From Fistulifera solaris (Eukaryota), in assembly GCA_030295235.1 (NCBI GenBank), contig AP026162.1, positions 2,418,001 through 2,482,000 on the forward strand: DNA of 64,000 nt, written 5' to 3'. The translations under genes and the position numbers were made by a program. Below are positions 61,947 to 64,000 of this stretch, one piece after another. Under the pieces are notes generated by a model. That model saw only the letters and a program-made list of their open reading frames with translations, was not told where the DNA came from and made no database searches. Positions within the stretch are counted from its first letter, which is position 1. Every line of letters starts with the position of its first letter.

Positions 61947-63358
61947 ATGGTGCAAATGAGTCGACAAGACCAGGCGGTCGTCCTGGCGTTGCCCGGAAAT
62001 GCGCAATGTTGTGATTGTGGTATGAAAAATCCTCAATGGGCTTCGGTGAGCTTTGGGAATGTCTTTTGTCTCGAATGCAGTGGTGTTCATCGGTACGTAT
62101 TTGCGTGAGAGAAAGTAAAGACGTGTAGAAGTGACTGACGTTATGCCTTATTATTATGGGTCTTTTTCTTGTTATTCAACACTTTATTTATTATTTATCA
62201 ATCAACAATCTACAAAAATAATACAGTTCCCTCGGAGTTCACATTTCCTTTGTCCGTTCCATTGCCATGGATTCCTGGACGGATGCCCAATTGGCACAAA
62301 TGAAATTGGGCGGCAATGACAAATGCAATGCCTACCTGCAGCAACACGGCATTGATCCCCGCACACCGATCAAACAAAAATACGAAAGTCCGGTCGCGCA
62401 ATTGTACAAGTTGCAACTCAAAGCACGAGCCGAAGGCAAACCGATACCGACCGAATTGCCGGCCGCCGCGCCGCGCAGTGGGAACCTGCCGAGCAGTCAC
62501 AACAGCAGTAGTAGTAATAATAGTGCAGGTGATCCCCAAAGCATGGAGCGATTGCCGGGAGAATCGGAACAACAGTACGTGGCACGACAAACGCGATTGC
62601 GGGACGAAGCGCGGGCACGCATGGCGGCCAAGTTTGGGAATAGTGGTGGCGGTATGGGTTCGAGCAGTATGCAAGGAATCGGGAGCGATCCATCGTACAA
62701 TCCGCGCGCCGGAGGTTATTCCTCGAACAACAACAGCACCGACGTCTTGCAAACGTTCAGTTCGGGATTGGGTGCTGCCTTGGGTGTCGCAGGATCGTAT
62801 GCGGGAAGTGTCGCCGCCAAATTACAATCGGAAGATACCTTGCAATCGGTCAAAACGGTCGGATCGTCGTTTTGGGGGACTTTGACGTCGTCCGTGTCGA
62901 GCGTGGCGGCGACGTTGACGACGGACGAAGATGATGGATTGAGTGATTTGCAACGACAATTCGCGTCACAGAAACCAACACAGAGTAAATATGCGGGATT
63001 TGGTAGTGGTGCTCCCACGAGTAGTGGTAGTAGTTTTGGTGCACCGGCGGCGAGCAATCCATCATTTGCGTCAAACGTCGTCCAGGAAGCACCCGGATTG
63101 CCCGGAGAAGACCGCAATGGAGTCGAGCGTTTGACGGGAGAGTCGGATGAACAGTATGTTGTTCGTCAAACCCGATTGCGAGATGAAGCGCGGGCACGCA
63201 TGGCGGCCAAATTTGGAGGTGGTGGTGGACTGTCGTCCGTGGCCAGCAGTCCTCCGCCGGCGTCGGCGCGTCCGACGCCACCGCCATCGCTGGTGAAGCC
63301 TCCATCCAGTGGAAATAATGTGAATGCGACGGATTTCTTCTCTTCGTTTGGTGCGTAA
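61947..63358 (+). CDS. ADP-ribosylation factor GTPase-activating protein (ArfGAP1-like), two exons (intron 62093-62226)
   Basis: CCDCGMKNPQWASVSFGNVFCLECSGVHR | SLGVHISFVRSIAMDSW; the GTACGT...ACAG intron keeps the frame. Confidence 0.95.
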
Positions 63359-63487
63359 GGGTAATGATCATTGGGCCTTTTTGTTTCTATGAATGGAGAA
63401 GAATAGGATACAATAAACTGAAATAACACCCATAACGGAAAAGATGCATATTGGGAATCAAAGTGTAATTATCGGAATATTATGTTT

Positions 63488-64000
63488 CTAGCGCTTTTTC
63501 TTATTCTTTTTGCGTTTGTTTTGCTTCAATTTCGGTTTGACTTCGGTGGCCGTTTCTTCTATAGATTCGTCATCTTGGCGATGTTGGATGATAGGAGGCA
63601 TTGAACTTCGAAGTTCTTGAAACGACTCAGCAATGCGTTCTTCATAGTCTTCGGCAGAAGCAAATACACTTGACTCAAACTTCGATTTCTTTTTGCTGCG
63701 GAAGCTAGCCACTTCTTCCAGATCGTCCTCGTTGTCATCGTCATCGCCATCATCCATGCCCCCGGCCATAAACAAAAGTTCAGCGTCGTCGTCCTCCTCG
63801 TCTTCTTCTTCTTCAACGCCCTCGTTGAAGCTATCTTCGTCGTCGGATTTATCTTTTTGGTCCTCGTCATCCTCATCGTCCTCCAACACAAGCTTTGGTG
63901 GCATCTCTGCATCACTATCCGAGTCATCACTTTGATCCATGAAAGCATCGTCGTCATCATCGACATTGTCATTATCGTCTGGACTTGACGAAGAATCGTT
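63488..64000 (-). CDS. Acidic/basic C-terminus of a nucleolar protein, probably NOC1/MAK21/CEBPZ (partial)
   Basis: A D/E-rich tract is followed by KKK..SVFASAEDY and a basic tail; the gene runs off the window edge. Confidence 0.6.
   Translation of the reverse strand, partial: NDSSSSPDDNDNVDDDDDAFMDQSDDSDSDAEMPPKLVLEDDEDDEDQKDKSDDEDSFNEGVEEEEDEEDDDAELLFMAGGMDDGDDDDNEDDLEEVASFRSKKKSKFESSVFASAEDYEERIAESFQELRSSMPPIIQHRQDDESIEETATEVKPKLKQNKRKKNKKKR

Overview
This is eukaryotic nuclear DNA, very probably from a diatom. That is an inference from the signal-peptide+Phe plastid-targeting motifs, short GT-AG introns and diatom-type Ty1/copia elements. Three layers are interleaved. (1) Housekeeping genes, many organelle-targeted: MsrB, a tandem RNase HI-like protein, biotin synthase, a YebC/TACO1 protein, mitochondrial uS17 and IF-3, ArfGAP, a probable NOC1/CEBPZ C-terminus, a membrane protein, and an aberrant P450-fold protein lacking the heme cysteine. 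(2) About 15 divergent copies or fragments of one unannotated ~500-aa family with RNI/LRR-like C-terminal periodicity and often a basic NLS-like tail. They form two subfamilies; all copies at 1.7-13.5 kb are on + and all at 28.8-54.7 kb are on -. (3) Transposons: a Ulp1-protease-carrying MULE with 130-bp TIRs and a 9-bp TSD (15314-21174), two Ty1/copia elements, and two piles of nested non-autonomous TIR elements (32.8-36.2 kb and 50.3-52.9 kb). The most unusual signal is the young copia at 56432-61651. It has apparently identical 368-bp TG...GA LTRs, a 6-bp TSD, an internal inversion/duplication, and a primer-binding site complementary to the 5'/D-arm segment of initiator tRNA-Met rather than to a tRNA 3' end. 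The other copia matches the anticodon arm of the same tRNA. Many ORFs carry single-base indels, some at homopolymers, so some pseudogene-like states may be assembly errors. All comparisons were made by eye; no database searches were run.
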